A stretch of DNA of 63,714 nucleotides, counting the filler, from Nitrospinota bacterium (lineage in GTDB: Bacteria; JAUXIQ01), in the NCBI GenBank assembly GCA_030620925.1. It is 11 parts of 11 records of this genome, joined end to end, with 100 filler letters (N's around TTAATTAATTAA, not from the genome) between each part and the next. Parts side by side here need not be neighbours in the genome. Positions count along the whole stretch, not along the records: positions 32,743 to 44,840 come from JAUXIQ010000023.1; positions 44,941 to 49,778 come from JAUXIQ010000197.1; positions 49,879 to 56,178 come from JAUXIQ010000124.1; 8 more parts are not named here. One strand, written 5' to 3'. The notes below the pieces were generated by a model, which had not been told where the DNA came from, ran no database searches, and worked only from the letters and a program-made list of their open reading frames with translations. The position numbers and the translations under genes were made by a program. How positions within the stretch are numbered: position 1 is the first letter of the stretch; each line of letters starts with the position of its first letter. Below are positions 43,640-53,514 of this stretch, one piece after another.

Positions 43640-44734
43640 TCAATTCCTGGTTATATACCCTTCCATCAATAAATCCCCTCCGATTCTCCTGTACTTGACT
43701 CTCTCCAACCCCACCGCCTCGGCAAGCGATGCAGCACCGCCGCCCCCCACCACGTCCGGGGAGCTCTTTCCGCCGATTATCATGGGCGATACGAAAAGCA
43801 TCACCTTGTCCACCAGGCCCGCATCCAGCATGGAGGCGTTGACTTCTCCCCCTCCTTCCAGAAGCAGGCTGGTCACTCCCTTCTTTCCCAGGCTCTTCAT
43901 CAACCGAGGGAGGTCCACGCGTCCCCGGGGTCCGTCCAGGGTGATCACCGTCACCCCCTCCAGGGCCTCAAGCTTCCGTTTCTTTTCAACATCCGCGCCC
44001 TTGGTGGTGGCTACCACCACGCCTGCATCAGAATCGCGGTCGAAAATTCTGGCCGACAGGGGGAGCCGCAGTCTGCTGTCCACAATCACCCTCACCGGGT
44101 CTCTGCCCCCCTTAATCCTTGCGGTTAACCGGGGGTCGTCTTTAATGACCGTCTCCGCCCCCACCATAACCGCGTCGCATACGGCCCTGAGCCTGTGCAC
44201 CTGTCGTCTCGATGCTTCACCGGTTATCCAGCGCGATTCTCCTGAAGCTGCTGCTATCTTGCCGTCCAGGCTCATCCCGGCCTTCATGATCACCTGGGGA
44301 AGACCGGTGGTAATATGCTTTATGTACGGCTCGTTTAACTCCCTGGCCCTCTCTTCAAGGACCCCGCAAACGGTCCTGATCCCCGCATCCTGAAGCCTCT
44401 TAAATCCCTTACCGGACACCGCAGGGTTGGGGTCCTCCATGGCCGCCACTACATCCTTGATCCCCGCTTCTATAAGGGTATCGGTGCAGGGTGGCGTCCG
44501 CCCCTGATGACAGCAGGGCTCCAGGTTCACGTAAAGCGTTGCGCCACGGGCCTCCTTCCCCGCCCGCCACAGGGCCTCGATCTCGGCATGAGGTTTTCCC
44601 GCCGCTCGATGATAACCCTTCCCTACGATCTTTCCCTTTTTTATCAGTACCGAACCCACCATGGGGTTGGGGCTGATCTTACCCGCCCCCTTGCGGGCAA
44701 GAGAAAGGGCGGCCCTCATGTACGACTCGTGCAT
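43640..44734 (-). CDS. ribD: Bifunctional riboflavin deaminase/reductase
   Basis: PNPMVG, HAE, LEPCCHQGRTPPC, LLEGG; start placed at ATG 44734, just after the ppdK stop. Confidence 0.95.
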   Translation of the reverse strand: MHESYMRAALSLARKGAGKISPNPMVGSVLIKKGKIVGKGYHRAAGKPHAEIEALWRAGKEARGATLYVNLEPCCHQGRTPPCTDTLIEAGIKDVVAAMEDPNPAVSGKGFKRLQDAGIRTVCGVLEERARELNEPYIKHITTGLPQVIMKAGMSLDGKIAAASGESRWITGEASRRQVHRLRAVCDAVMVGAETVIKDDPRLTARIKGGRDPVRVIVDSRLRLPLSARIFDRDSDAGVVVATTKGADVEKKRKLEALEGVTVITLDGPRGRVDLPRLMKSLGKKGVTSLLLEGGGEVNASMLDAGLVDKVMLFVSPMIIGGKSSPDVVGGGGAASLAEAVGLERVKYRRIGGDLLMEGYITRN

Positions 44735-44741
44735 GGCCCCA

Positions 44742-44840
44742 TTACTCGCGAAGTATCCCGGCGGCGTCTTTAAGCGCGGCATGGGCTGCCGCCAACCGGG
44801 CCACCGGAACCCTATATGGTGAACAACTCACGTAATCGAG
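44742..44840 (-). CDS. ppdK: Pyruvate phosphate dikinase, C-terminal 32 aa
   Basis: LDYVSCSPYRVPVARLAAAHAAL; not in the ORF track. Confidence 0.88.
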   Translation of the reverse strand, partial: LDYVSCSPYRVPVARLAAAHAALKDAAGILRE

Positions 44841-45088
44841 NNNNNNNNNNNNNNNNNNNNNNNNNNNNNNNNNNNNNNNNNNNNTTAATTAATTAANNNN
44901 NNNNNNNNNNNNNNNNNNNNNNNNNNNNNNNNNNNNNNNNACACACGCCAATTGCAATGACTGCGGCCTGGCGGGGGGCGGCTTCGGGCGCATCCTGATG
45001 CGGGTCACGGTGGAGAAATAGAGGCAAGCCGTATAATTAAAGAGGAGAACGCCTGGCTCAAGGCCGACTCTTATAATAAACTGTGAGT

Positions 45089-46795
45089 CTATTTCCTTGT
45101 CTGGCTGAGCAGGGGAATCAGTTCTCCGGCTGCCCGGAGGAGGAAAGGGGCGGAGGCTTCGATGTCGCCGTCCACGAAAACACCCAGTGTCTCCCTGGCC
45201 CTGATCAGATAAACCTCCTTTCCGGTTAGCCGGTATGCATGCAGCAGATTGAGAGCCATGAGGCCGTTGGCGTCGAACGGTTTTTCCCTGCTTACCGCGT
45301 CTCCCTCCTTGTAGAATTGGCGGCTGGTGCTGTTCCGTTCAAAAAACCCTCCTCCCTTTGAGTCGTACAGCTCCTCAAGCGAAAAGTCTATGAGGCCCAA
45401 CGCAATACGAGTAAATTTCTTATCGTTCAGGGCCCCGGCCGCACCGATGAAAGCGCGTGCCACCCAGGCATTATCCATCAACTGTCCGTCTATACGGGCA
45501 CGGCGCTCATCCGGGTCGTAATAGCTCATCGCCCCGCGCATCCCCATCAACTTCTTCTCCAGGAACCGAAGACCTCTCCGGGCCGTTTCCCTGTATCTTT
45601 CTTCCCCGAGGATTTTATGCGCATAGAGGAGCGCCTCCACCATCTGCGCCGTGGAAACCGCATAGGAGGTTGTGTCTACGGCGGGCGGTTCCACCTGCGC
45701 CCGCTCCTCTCCGGTCAGGTGGTAGTAGACCTCGTCGGCGGACTGACTGCCGAAGAAGCGGCCGCTGCCGGTTTCGTACAGCTCTCCCAGCACGTAATCG
45801 AGGGTATCTTGAGCTATTTGCTTATACTCATGCCTCCCCGTCAGGCGGTAGGCATGCAGGTAGACGATTACCATTTCGGCATTGACGCCAAGCAGTTTTT
45901 CGTAATGCGGAATCCCCCAATCCCGGAGTATTGCCAGGCGGAAGAAGCCTTTTCCCACAGGGTCGAAGAGGCCCACTATCTTATGCCGGCGCTGCAGTCT
46001 CTCCACCTTTTCAAGCCATCCCTCCTGCTGTTTGCCCTGGTAAAGGCTCAACAGATAATCCGCCGGCGGTCTTCGGGCGGTCGTCTTTTCCTTTTTGAGA
46101 CCGGCAATCCGGTCAAGTGTATGGAGCACCATGTTCTTCAGTTCTTCATCGCCTGTCTCCCCGTAAAGGTCCAGCGCATAGAGCAGGGTGCGGCCGAAGG
46201 GCTCTTTGAAATCGGCTCCGAAGCCGCCGTAGTCCCTGTCGTAAGCGGCCCCAAGAACTCTCCTGAAGCGAGCCCTGAACCTTTTTAGCTCCTCCACCGT
46301 AGGCTGTTTAACCTCAGTGGCGGGGGGTTCTTCTACCGATCCGACGGATTTGTAGTTCGCCCATCTATGCTTCATAAACTCGTTCAAACGCCTAGTGAAG
46401 TTTTTCTTGTTCATATATCCGGGGAGCAGTAGCAAGAGTTGGCCGTCGGGGGCCAGGATGATGATAGAAGGCAGGCCGTAAGAGGGGTACTTTCGCACCA
46501 GGTCTTTGCGTCGGTCGTAATCAACGAAGACGGCGATAAAATCGCCGTTAATTTGCTCGGAAACATCCTCGGTTTCCAGCACCTTCTCCTCGAAAACGTG
46601 GCACCAGTGGCACCAGACTGCGGTGATGAGCATCAGAATGGGCTTGTTCTCCCGGGAGGCGACCCTGAAGGCCTCAGGCGTGTATTCTTTCCAGCGGATG
46701 AGCGAGTCCCGATGGGTGTGGGCGAAGGAACAACTGCCGAAGATGAGCAGTAACGCAGAAATCAACAATGAGGCTGAGAGGGTTTTCATTCTCAT
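45089..46795 (-). CDS. Secreted DUF255/YyaL-like protein (thioredoxin + alpha-helical domain)
   Basis: Signal-peptide-like N-terminus, WCHWCH, GGFG, PHYEKLL, GGGFF. Confidence 0.8.
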   Translation of the reverse strand: MRMKTLSASLLISALLLIFGSCSFAHTHRDSLIRWKEYTPEAFRVASRENKPILMLITAVWCHWCHVFEEKVLETEDVSEQINGDFIAVFVDYDRRKDLVRKYPSYGLPSIIILAPDGQLLLLLPGYMNKKNFTRRLNEFMKHRWANYKSVGSVEEPPATEVKQPTVEELKRFRARFRRVLGAAYDRDYGGFGADFKEPFGRTLLYALDLYGETGDEELKNMVLHTLDRIAGLKKEKTTARRPPADYLLSLYQGKQQEGWLEKVERLQRRHKIVGLFDPVGKGFFRLAILRDWGIPHYEKLLGVNAEMVIVYLHAYRLTGRHEYKQIAQDTLDYVLGELYETGSGRFFGSQSADEVYYHLTGEERAQVEPPAVDTTSYAVSTAQMVEALLYAHKILGEERYRETARRGLRFLEKKLMGMRGAMSYYDPDERRARIDGQLMDNAWVARAFIGAAGALNDKKFTRIALGLIDFSLEELYDSKGGGFFERNSTSRQFYKEGDAVSREKPFDANGLMALNLLHAYRLTGKEVYLIRARETLGVFVDGDIEASAPFLLRAAGELIPLLSQTRK

Positions 46796-46916
46796 GACGC
46801 TTTCCCTCGAAATGAGAACGTGGTGCGGCCATAGGGAGATAACCATTCATTAAAAGGAATATATACCCGCACTCAAACAGGGCCGACATCTGCGTGGGGT
46901 TGGAGAAAAAGATGCT

Positions 46917-48305
46917 TCAATTCAGCTTAATCTTTATACGGACGTCTTCCCGCCCCGCTGCACCGTCAAAACGGATGTTAAGCAGGCATCCCCCACGGCT
47001 TTTCTTGAAGGAATGTCTTATCCTGTAGACCGCCTCTTCATCCGGACTGCCGCGATGGTAGAGCGCCCGCACTCCTTTCCGGGTTATCTCCACGTCCATT
47101 CGCCCGGTGTAAGACTGGCCGGTCTTCATGTTCTTTATGTAGATGTAAAACTGCACGTCATCGGGGGTATCCGATTTCTCCCGCTGCAGCCCTTCGAAAC
47201 TGTAAGTGGTCACATAAATGTAATAATGCTTGTGTTTCACCACCTTTTCCCTGGTGGGATTCTGGGGGTAGTTCTCCGTGTAACCGTAATGGGGCAGGCC
47301 CCTGATATGGTGCGCCTGGGCCGTGTTGGCCAGCGCAAAAAAAGCAATGGCCACGCCCGCGAAGATAGCCAATCTCATGTTCCCCCTCCATCGAAAACCG
47401 AGCAACCCCTCCTCGCACCGGGGAAGGCAGAGGCCGCATTGTGAACATTCCATCATGGAGGCACCCGTATGAGGTTCCAACCCCAATGGGCAGGCATCGA
47501 CGCAGGAACGGCAGCCCTGAATACAATCCCGGGCCGTTTTCTCCACCCTTAACAATCTGGGCACAGCCAGCAGCGAAAGGAGAGCCCCCGCCGGGCAGAG
47601 ATACCTGCACCATCCTCTCCTGGTAAACAGTATTTCGAACAGTATAATTCCGCAGATAAAAAAGATGCCCCAGGAGATCGACCCGAAATAGACGACCTGA
47701 AAGACCTCCTTGCCCAGATGCAGTTGGGGCATCAGGTAGGGGAAAACCGAGACCCCGGAAATAGCCGCCGCGATGAACAGTGCGGTCAAAAGAAAGTATT
47801 TGTTCAAGCGGCCGGAGTGCAAATCTTTGGTGGGAAGGGATTCCCCTCGCCTGAGCCTGTTTCGCAGCTTATCGGTAAACTCCAGCAGAGTGTTCATGGG
47901 GCATATCCAGCCGCAGTACGCCCTCCCCAGGGTCATTGCCGCAAACAAAGGAACGAGCATGCCAAAAATTAGTGGAATATAAACACTCCTGGTGGCCACC
48001 AGGTGGCCCAAGCCCGCCAGCGGGTCGGTGATGGTTAAACCGAAGACGGTGATGGACCAGTAAGTGCCCTTGAAACCATCCGCAACCCTCACCGGCTCCC
48101 GCAGTGCCCCCATGGTTTCGGTAAAAAACCTGTAAAGCCAGAAACTCCATTTCCCTTCCATGAGGCCGGCCAGGTGCTCCCCCCCGGGGCCATACACCTG
48201 GTGGAGGGTGGCCCCGTAACTGACCATGATTATCAGCACCAGCGAAACCACCACCCCTATCTGAACCGTTTTCCGCATGTTAAGGAGAATGTTCATATCT
48301 TTCAT
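46917..48305 (-). CDS. NapH/MauN-like membrane ferredoxin with extra C-terminal domain
   Basis: CGWICP, WCRYLCP, two ferredoxin Cys motifs, then ~150 aa extension. Confidence 0.82.
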   Translation of the reverse strand: MKDMNILLNMRKTVQIGVVVSLVLIIMVSYGATLHQVYGPGGEHLAGLMEGKWSFWLYRFFTETMGALREPVRVADGFKGTYWSITVFGLTITDPLAGLGHLVATRSVYIPLIFGMLVPLFAAMTLGRAYCGWICPMNTLLEFTDKLRNRLRRGESLPTKDLHSGRLNKYFLLTALFIAAAISGVSVFPYLMPQLHLGKEVFQVVYFGSISWGIFFICGIILFEILFTRRGWCRYLCPAGALLSLLAVPRLLRVEKTARDCIQGCRSCVDACPLGLEPHTGASMMECSQCGLCLPRCEEGLLGFRWRGNMRLAIFAGVAIAFFALANTAQAHHIRGLPHYGYTENYPQNPTREKVVKHKHYYIYVTTYSFEGLQREKSDTPDDVQFYIYIKNMKTGQSYTGRMDVEITRKGVRALYHRGSPDEEAVYRIRHSFKKSRGGCLLNIRFDGAAGREDVRIKIKLN

Positions 48306-48316
48306 CTATTCCCATC

Positions 48317-48889
48317 TCAGACCTCAGTGTATATTCTGATCGCCTGGGGTATATGTATACATACCCTCTCGCACAGACCGCAGCCCACGCATTTGTCCAG
48401 CACCACTGGCTGCTCGAACAATTTCACCTTGAGGGCCACATCCGGGTAAGGGCAGGCCCTGTAACAGACCCCACAGGTGCGCCCGTTGTAAGAGTAGCAG
48501 AGGTTCTCGTCCACCACGGCCTTACCCATGCGCACCCTGGTGAGAATTTCCTGGGGATCATCGGCTATTTTCTGCAAAGCGTCGGTGGGGCACACCTGGG
48601 TGCACTTCATGCACAGCATGCAGGCCTGATCTCTGGGGAGGATGTATGGCGTGTCCATAGCCGCCGGGCCGTACTCCGGCCCCATGAAACGGATGGCGGT
48701 GTTTGGGCAGATGTTTCCGCACTTGAAGCAACGCACGCAGCTACTCAGGAATCGTTCCTCGGCGAGCGCACCCGGGGGCCTTATTATAAGGAACCGCTCC
48801 CTTCGCCTGTCCAGAAGCAGGCCGCCGCCCAGAGCGATGCCTGCTCCGCCGAAGGCTGAGAGCCTTATGAATTCTCTTCTTGTTAACAC
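48317..48889 (-). CDS. NapG/MauM-like ferredoxin
   Basis: Tat signal TRREFI, RPPGA, four Cys clusters. Confidence 0.87.
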   Translation of the reverse strand: MLTRREFIRLSAFGGAGIALGGGLLLDRRRERFLIIRPPGALAEERFLSSCVRCFKCGNICPNTAIRFMGPEYGPAAMDTPYILPRDQACMLCMKCTQVCPTDALQKIADDPQEILTRVRMGKAVVDENLCYSYNGRTCGVCYRACPYPDVALKVKLFEQPVVLDKCVGCGLCERVCIHIPQAIRIYTEV

Positions 48890-48932
48890 AGCAGTTCAAA
48901 GGGGAGCACTGATAAAGCCCCCACACTCCGTC

Positions 48933-49778
48933 TTATATCTTTTCGATGCGCGCTTTGAGATGCTTGAAATCCACCTGTCCGGACACGGGGTCGAACGCTC
49001 TGTGAGATGTCTCGTTGACCAGCCAGCGGTTCTTTCTGGGGTCCGCGCTGTCGGCCACAGAAAGGTTCCAGGGAGAGAATATCAGTCCCTTCATGACCTT
49101 GTTCCTGGCGGGGCGCACTTTGCTCTTGGTCCCTATGCTGGCTCTCCCCTGGTAGTTTCCCCTGGGGGTGACCACCTTGATCCATTCGCCGTCCTGTATG
49201 TTCAGCTCCCTGGCGTCCTCAGGGTGAAGCTCAACGTATTGCTCGGGCACCAGCTTGCGCGTCGTGGCCTGGCGAATGGTCTTGGTGGTATGGAAATGCT
49301 CGAACACGATACCCAGGCTGAGCCAGAAGGGATATTTATCGGCTTTCATCGTCTCGCTGATCGATTTCCCCAGGTAGTCGAAATCCGGGAGTTCGGGGGT
49401 CAGGGCGTTATCCCTCATGGCTACCAGGACATCGTAGTGGTCTATGATATAGGCGTTGGGGTCTTTCCCCACCTTGTCGATCTTTGCCATCAACTCCCTT
49501 GCCCTTGAATAGTCCTGCTCGCAGAGCTTGAACCTGGCTTTCCCGGAGGAGGTGCGGAAACTTCCATAAGGCTTATCCGCCCACTTCTCCTGATCCATGT
49601 AGCGCCTGGGGGTTCCGCCTTGTTTGGCGTTCTCATAGGTGGGTGCCGGCCACTGCACCCCTTTTATATTCCTTAGCAGTTGATAGGGGGAGATGCCGTC
49701 TCGCTTCTCCACCTCCAACATACCGCTCAGGTCGGCGTCGGTCCCCTTGCTGGCGGCCAGGATGTTTCTGAATACCTC
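48933..49778 (-). CDS. Molybdopterin oxidoreductase catalytic subunit (NapA/Nas-like), C-terminal part
   Basis: GVQWP, EHFHT, VELHPEDA, DPVSGQVDFK; frame open to contig edge. Confidence 0.8.
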   Translation of the reverse strand, partial: EVFRNILAASKGTDADLSGMLEVEKRDGISPYQLLRNIKGVQWPAPTYENAKQGGTPRRYMDQEKWADKPYGSFRTSSGKARFKLCEQDYSRARELMAKIDKVGKDPNAYIIDHYDVLVAMRDNALTPELPDFDYLGKSISETMKADKYPFWLSLGIVFEHFHTTKTIRQATTRKLVPEQYVELHPEDARELNIQDGEWIKVVTPRGNYQGRASIGTKSKVRPARNKVMKGLIFSPWNLSVADSADPRKNRWLVNETSHRAFDPVSGQVDFKHLKARIEKI

Positions 49779-49982
49779 NNNNNNNNNNNNNNNNNNNNNN
49801 NNNNNNNNNNNNNNNNNNNNNNTTAATTAATTAANNNNNNNNNNNNNNNNNNNNNNNNNNNNNNNNNNNNNNNNNNNNATCTTGACTTTCCAGGCGTATA
49901 CTCTGTTAATCATTTTGGTGATGTGGTTTTCAAGACGGCAGCTTCAGATCTATTTCTAATATCGGGAAATTGAAACCGTATA

Positions 49983-50980
49983 ATGACACGCATGCCAATG
50001 GATAAAGTGCGTATGATGAGCACCGCGGGCCGCATCGTCGAGGTGTGCGCAAACGTGCAGCCCGGAGAGAAAGTACTTATTCTCACCGACACGGGCATGG
50101 ACCCCGACATCCCTGAGGTAATCGCCATGGCCTGCGCCGGACGTGAGGCGGAGGTGGCGATGATGACCATCACCCCCAGGGCATTTCACGGTTCCCAGCC
50201 TCCGGACATCGCGGCGGGAGCCATGATGCGCGCAGACGTCATCCTGGAAGTGACCTCCGTGTTCGTAGGGCACAGCCAGGCACGCTTCGATGCCTGCGAC
50301 GCGGGGGCCAGATATTTGACCATGCCCGAGCTGACCCGGGAGATGATGACGGGGCCTTCCGGATTCGACGCAGACTTCCACTCGCTGGTGCCCATGGTGG
50401 AGAAAATTCAGCAAGAGGTTACCAGTGCTTCGAGTATCCGCATCACCACCGAGGCGGGCACTGACCTTCGGGCGGACATTGAGGGACGACCCGCCCGAGG
50501 CCTGCATTGCCTCGTGCATAATAGAGGGGATTTCGCGCCGCCTCCCGATGTAGAGGTGAGTGTGTCGCCGGTGGAGGATAACGCTGAAGGGAAAGTGGTG
50601 GTGGACGGCTTCGTGGTGGGTGTGGGCATCATCGAAGAGCCCATAACCCTCAACATTAAGAAAGGCATGGCGGTGAGCATAGAGGGCGGGAAACAGGCCC
50701 GGTCTCTTGAACAGATGCTGACTTCCGCCGATGATCCCAACGCTTTCGCCCTGTGCGAAATAGGGTTGGGCCCAATCCCTGCGCCAACCTCCGCTTGGGA
50801 ACGACCCTGGAGGCGGAAGGCACCTACGGCACAGCCCACATCGCTCTGGGGGGCAAACCCTGGCCTGAAGCCAGACTCCTCTCACCGCTCCATATAGACC
50901 TGGTGTTCTGGCGGGTTACAGCCGAGGCGGACGGGACCCTACTGATCGAAAACGGCGAGGTGGCTCAAGAATTCCGGTGA
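49983..50980 (+). pseudogene. M29/leucyl aminopeptidase-like protein with a frameshift near 50772
   Basis: PGEKVLI, P..EV...P, G.VVVDG, CEIGLG; the other frame continues NP...E.EG..GTAHIALG...HIDLV. Confidence 0.75.
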
Positions 50981-51056
50981 TGGCTGTATCCATGAATTTC
51001 CCAAAGGGGCCGTGGTCTGTCATTGCACATCGTAAGATGGATGGGGGAAAAGGTAA

Positions 51057-51329
51057 TTGGAGGCAGAAGAGGTAATAATTTGCCGCTGCGAGGATGTGAC
51101 CCTGAAGGACATCCTGAAGGTGATCGCGGAGGGAGGCACCACAGTGAACGAGGTCAAGAGGTTTAGCCGCGCCGGAATGGGTTTATGCCAGGGCAAGATA
51201 TGCTGTCGCTTGATCAGCCAGGTCGTCGCCGCCCGTACCGGCCGTTCCCTGGCCCGGATAGAGCCGCCCACCTCCAGGCCTCCGGTGAGACCTATCCCCA
51301 TCGGCATCATGGCCGATCTAACTGAATGA
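51057..51329 (+). CDS. BFD-like [2Fe-2S]-binding protein
   Basis: ICRCEDVT, RAGMGLCQGKIC, RPPVRP. Confidence 0.88.
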   Translation: MEAEEVIICRCEDVTLKDILKVIAEGGTTVNEVKRFSRAGMGLCQGKICCRLISQVVAARTGRSLARIEPPTSRPPVRPIPIGIMADLTE

Positions 51330-51383
51330 AAGAGGCGGCACCGGAACGGGACGAACAGACCGCTTTCCCATTAAGGAGTGAGA

Positions 51384-53480
51384 ATGGGTGATCTGCTTTT
51401 TCGATTGGGCTGTGACATCGGCGGCACTTTCACCGATTTCATACTGCTCAACCAGGAAACCGGGGAGACGGAAATCCACAAACTTCTCACCACCCCCGAC
51501 GATCCCTCCAAAGCAGTGCTCAGCGGGATTGAGAGATACCTTGAAAGCCGTCCCGACCTCCTGTCGGAGATGGAGAACATCATCCACGGCACCACCCTGG
51601 TCATCAACGCCATCATAGAACGCAAGGGTGCGCTCACCGCCCTGATCACCACAGGCGGCTTGCGCGACATCCTTGAGATCGGACGGGAGAAACGCTACGA
51701 CATATACGACGTGTTCATCTCTTACCCCCCTCCTCTCGTTCCCCGATACCTGCGCAGAGAGGTAGGAGAGCGCATCAACCGCGACGGCCTGGTTATCAAG
51801 CGCCTGGACGAACAGGAGGCCGGGAAGGTGGCGGCCGAACTGGCAGCCGCCGGCGTGGAATCCATCGCCGTCTGTTTCCTTCATTCCTTCGTCAACCCGG
51901 AACACGAACAGCTCATGGGACGAGTCCTAAAGGAGACTTGCGGTCAGATACCCTTTTCCTTGTCTTCGGAAGTGCTGCCTGAGATTCGCGAATATGAACG
52001 CACCAGCACCACGGTGGCCAACTCCTACGTACAACCGCTTACTAACCGCTACCTGAACAACTTGAAAGACAGCCTGAGCTCCATGGGTTTTAACAGAAAG
52101 CTCTTCGTCATGCTGTCCAGCGGCGGAACCGCTTCCCTGGAGACCGCCATCAAGTACCCCATAAGGATCTGCGAATCGGGCCCTGCGTCGGGGGTCATGG
52201 CGGCCCGGTTTTACGGGCGGGCGGCAGGCATCGAGGACCTGCTCTCCTTCGACATGGGAGGCACTACCGCCAAGTCGTGCATCGTCTCCGGGGGTCAGGC
52301 CGCCATGACCCAAACGTATGAAGTGGCCCGCATGCACCGGTTCAAGAGGGGCAGCGGCATACCGCTGCGCATCCCGGTCATCGACCTGATGGAAACGGGT
52401 GCGGGCGGAGGGAGCATCGCCCACGTGGACGATATGGGCCTCCTCAAGGTTGGGCCCATAAGCGCAGGCGCTGAACCTGGCCCGGCATGCTACGGGCGCG
52501 GGGGGGCGGAACCCACCGTCTCCGATGCCGACCTGTGCCTGGGCTACCTCAACCCCGACTATTTCCTGGGGGGGCAGATGCAGCTGGACCATGAAGCGGG
52601 CCTGGCCGCTATCCAGGATCGCATCGGCGTGCCCCTCAAGGTATCGCTCACCGATGCGGCCTGGGGCATTCACAGCCTGGTTAACGAGAACATGGCTGCG
52701 GCTATCAGGATGCAGGTGGCGGAGAAAGGCCTGGACATCTCGCGCTTCACTTTGGTGGCGTTCGGCGGCGCCGGCCCGGTGCATGCCTACAACCTCGCCA
52801 GTACACTTAACATTTCGTGCATCCTCATACCTCATGCCGCCGGTGTGGCCTCCGCCCTGGGTTTTTTCACCGTGCCACTCTCTTTTGAGCATTCGCGGTC
52901 CCACAAAGCATCCCTTTCCGACGCTGACATGGGTGAAATCGAGCGCATATACGGGGAGCTTGAGGAGGAAGGACGTCTGATCCTATCCGGCGCGGGATAT
53001 TCCGGAGAGATTGAATACAGCAGGACTGCGGATGCCAGATACTCCGGCCAGGGATTCGAGATAACGTTCCCCCTTCCACACCGCGATTTTCGCGGGATGG
53101 ACGTCGAGCAAGTGATAAAGTCTTTTAATCAGCACTACCAGGCGCTCTACGGACGTCTATATTCAGACATTCCGGTGGAGCTGGTTACGCTGCGCAGTGT
53201 CGCCCGCGGCCCCGAACGCCATTTAAACCTTAGCAGACCGGAGTTAAAAGGGGGCAGCGTAGATGATGCCTTGAAGGGAAACCGAGAGGCCTATTCACCG
53301 GAAATTGGTCAAATTATGAATCATACCGTTTACGATAGATACCTGCTTCCGGCAGGGACCGCACTGAAAGGTCCTGCTATCATCGAGGAGCGGGAGTCCA
53401 CCACCATCATAGGAAAAGGGGGCCGGGCGGTTATGGACGAATACGGCACCCTTCATATAGAAGTCGCTGCCGGGAAATAG
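51384..53480 (+). CDS. Hydantoinase/oxoprolinase subunit A
   Basis: DIGGTFTD, HGTT, EYER, SGPA, DMGGTT, GAGGGSI, AFGGAG. Confidence 0.94.
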   Translation: MGDLLFRLGCDIGGTFTDFILLNQETGETEIHKLLTTPDDPSKAVLSGIERYLESRPDLLSEMENIIHGTTLVINAIIERKGALTALITTGGLRDILEIGREKRYDIYDVFISYPPPLVPRYLRREVGERINRDGLVIKRLDEQEAGKVAAELAAAGVESIAVCFLHSFVNPEHEQLMGRVLKETCGQIPFSLSSEVLPEIREYERTSTTVANSYVQPLTNRYLNNLKDSLSSMGFNRKLFVMLSSGGTASLETAIKYPIRICESGPASGVMAARFYGRAAGIEDLLSFDMGGTTAKSCIVSGGQAAMTQTYEVARMHRFKRGSGIPLRIPVIDLMETGAGGGSIAHVDDMGLLKVGPISAGAEPGPACYGRGGAEPTVSDADLCLGYLNPDYFLGGQMQLDHEAGLAAIQDRIGVPLKVSLTDAAWGIHSLVNENMAAAIRMQVAEKGLDISRFTLVAFGGAGPVHAYNLASTLNISCILIPHAAGVASALGFFTVPLSFEHSRSHKASLSDADMGEIERIYGELEEEGRLILSGAGYSGEIEYSRTADARYSGQGFEITFPLPHRDFRGMDVEQVIKSFNQHYQALYGRLYSDIPVELVTLRSVARGPERHLNLSRPELKGGSVDDALKGNREAYSPEIGQIMNHTVYDRYLLPAGTALKGPAIIEERESTTIIGKGGRAVMDEYGTLHIEVAAGK

Positions 53481-53514
53481 CGTCCCGAAGTTGAAACAGA
53501 ATAAAGGGTAAATC

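Noticed and set aside
44941-45021. Short frame THANCNDCGLAGGGFGRILMRVTVEK* at a contig start
   Set aside because: Possibly a gene 3' end, but too short to assign.
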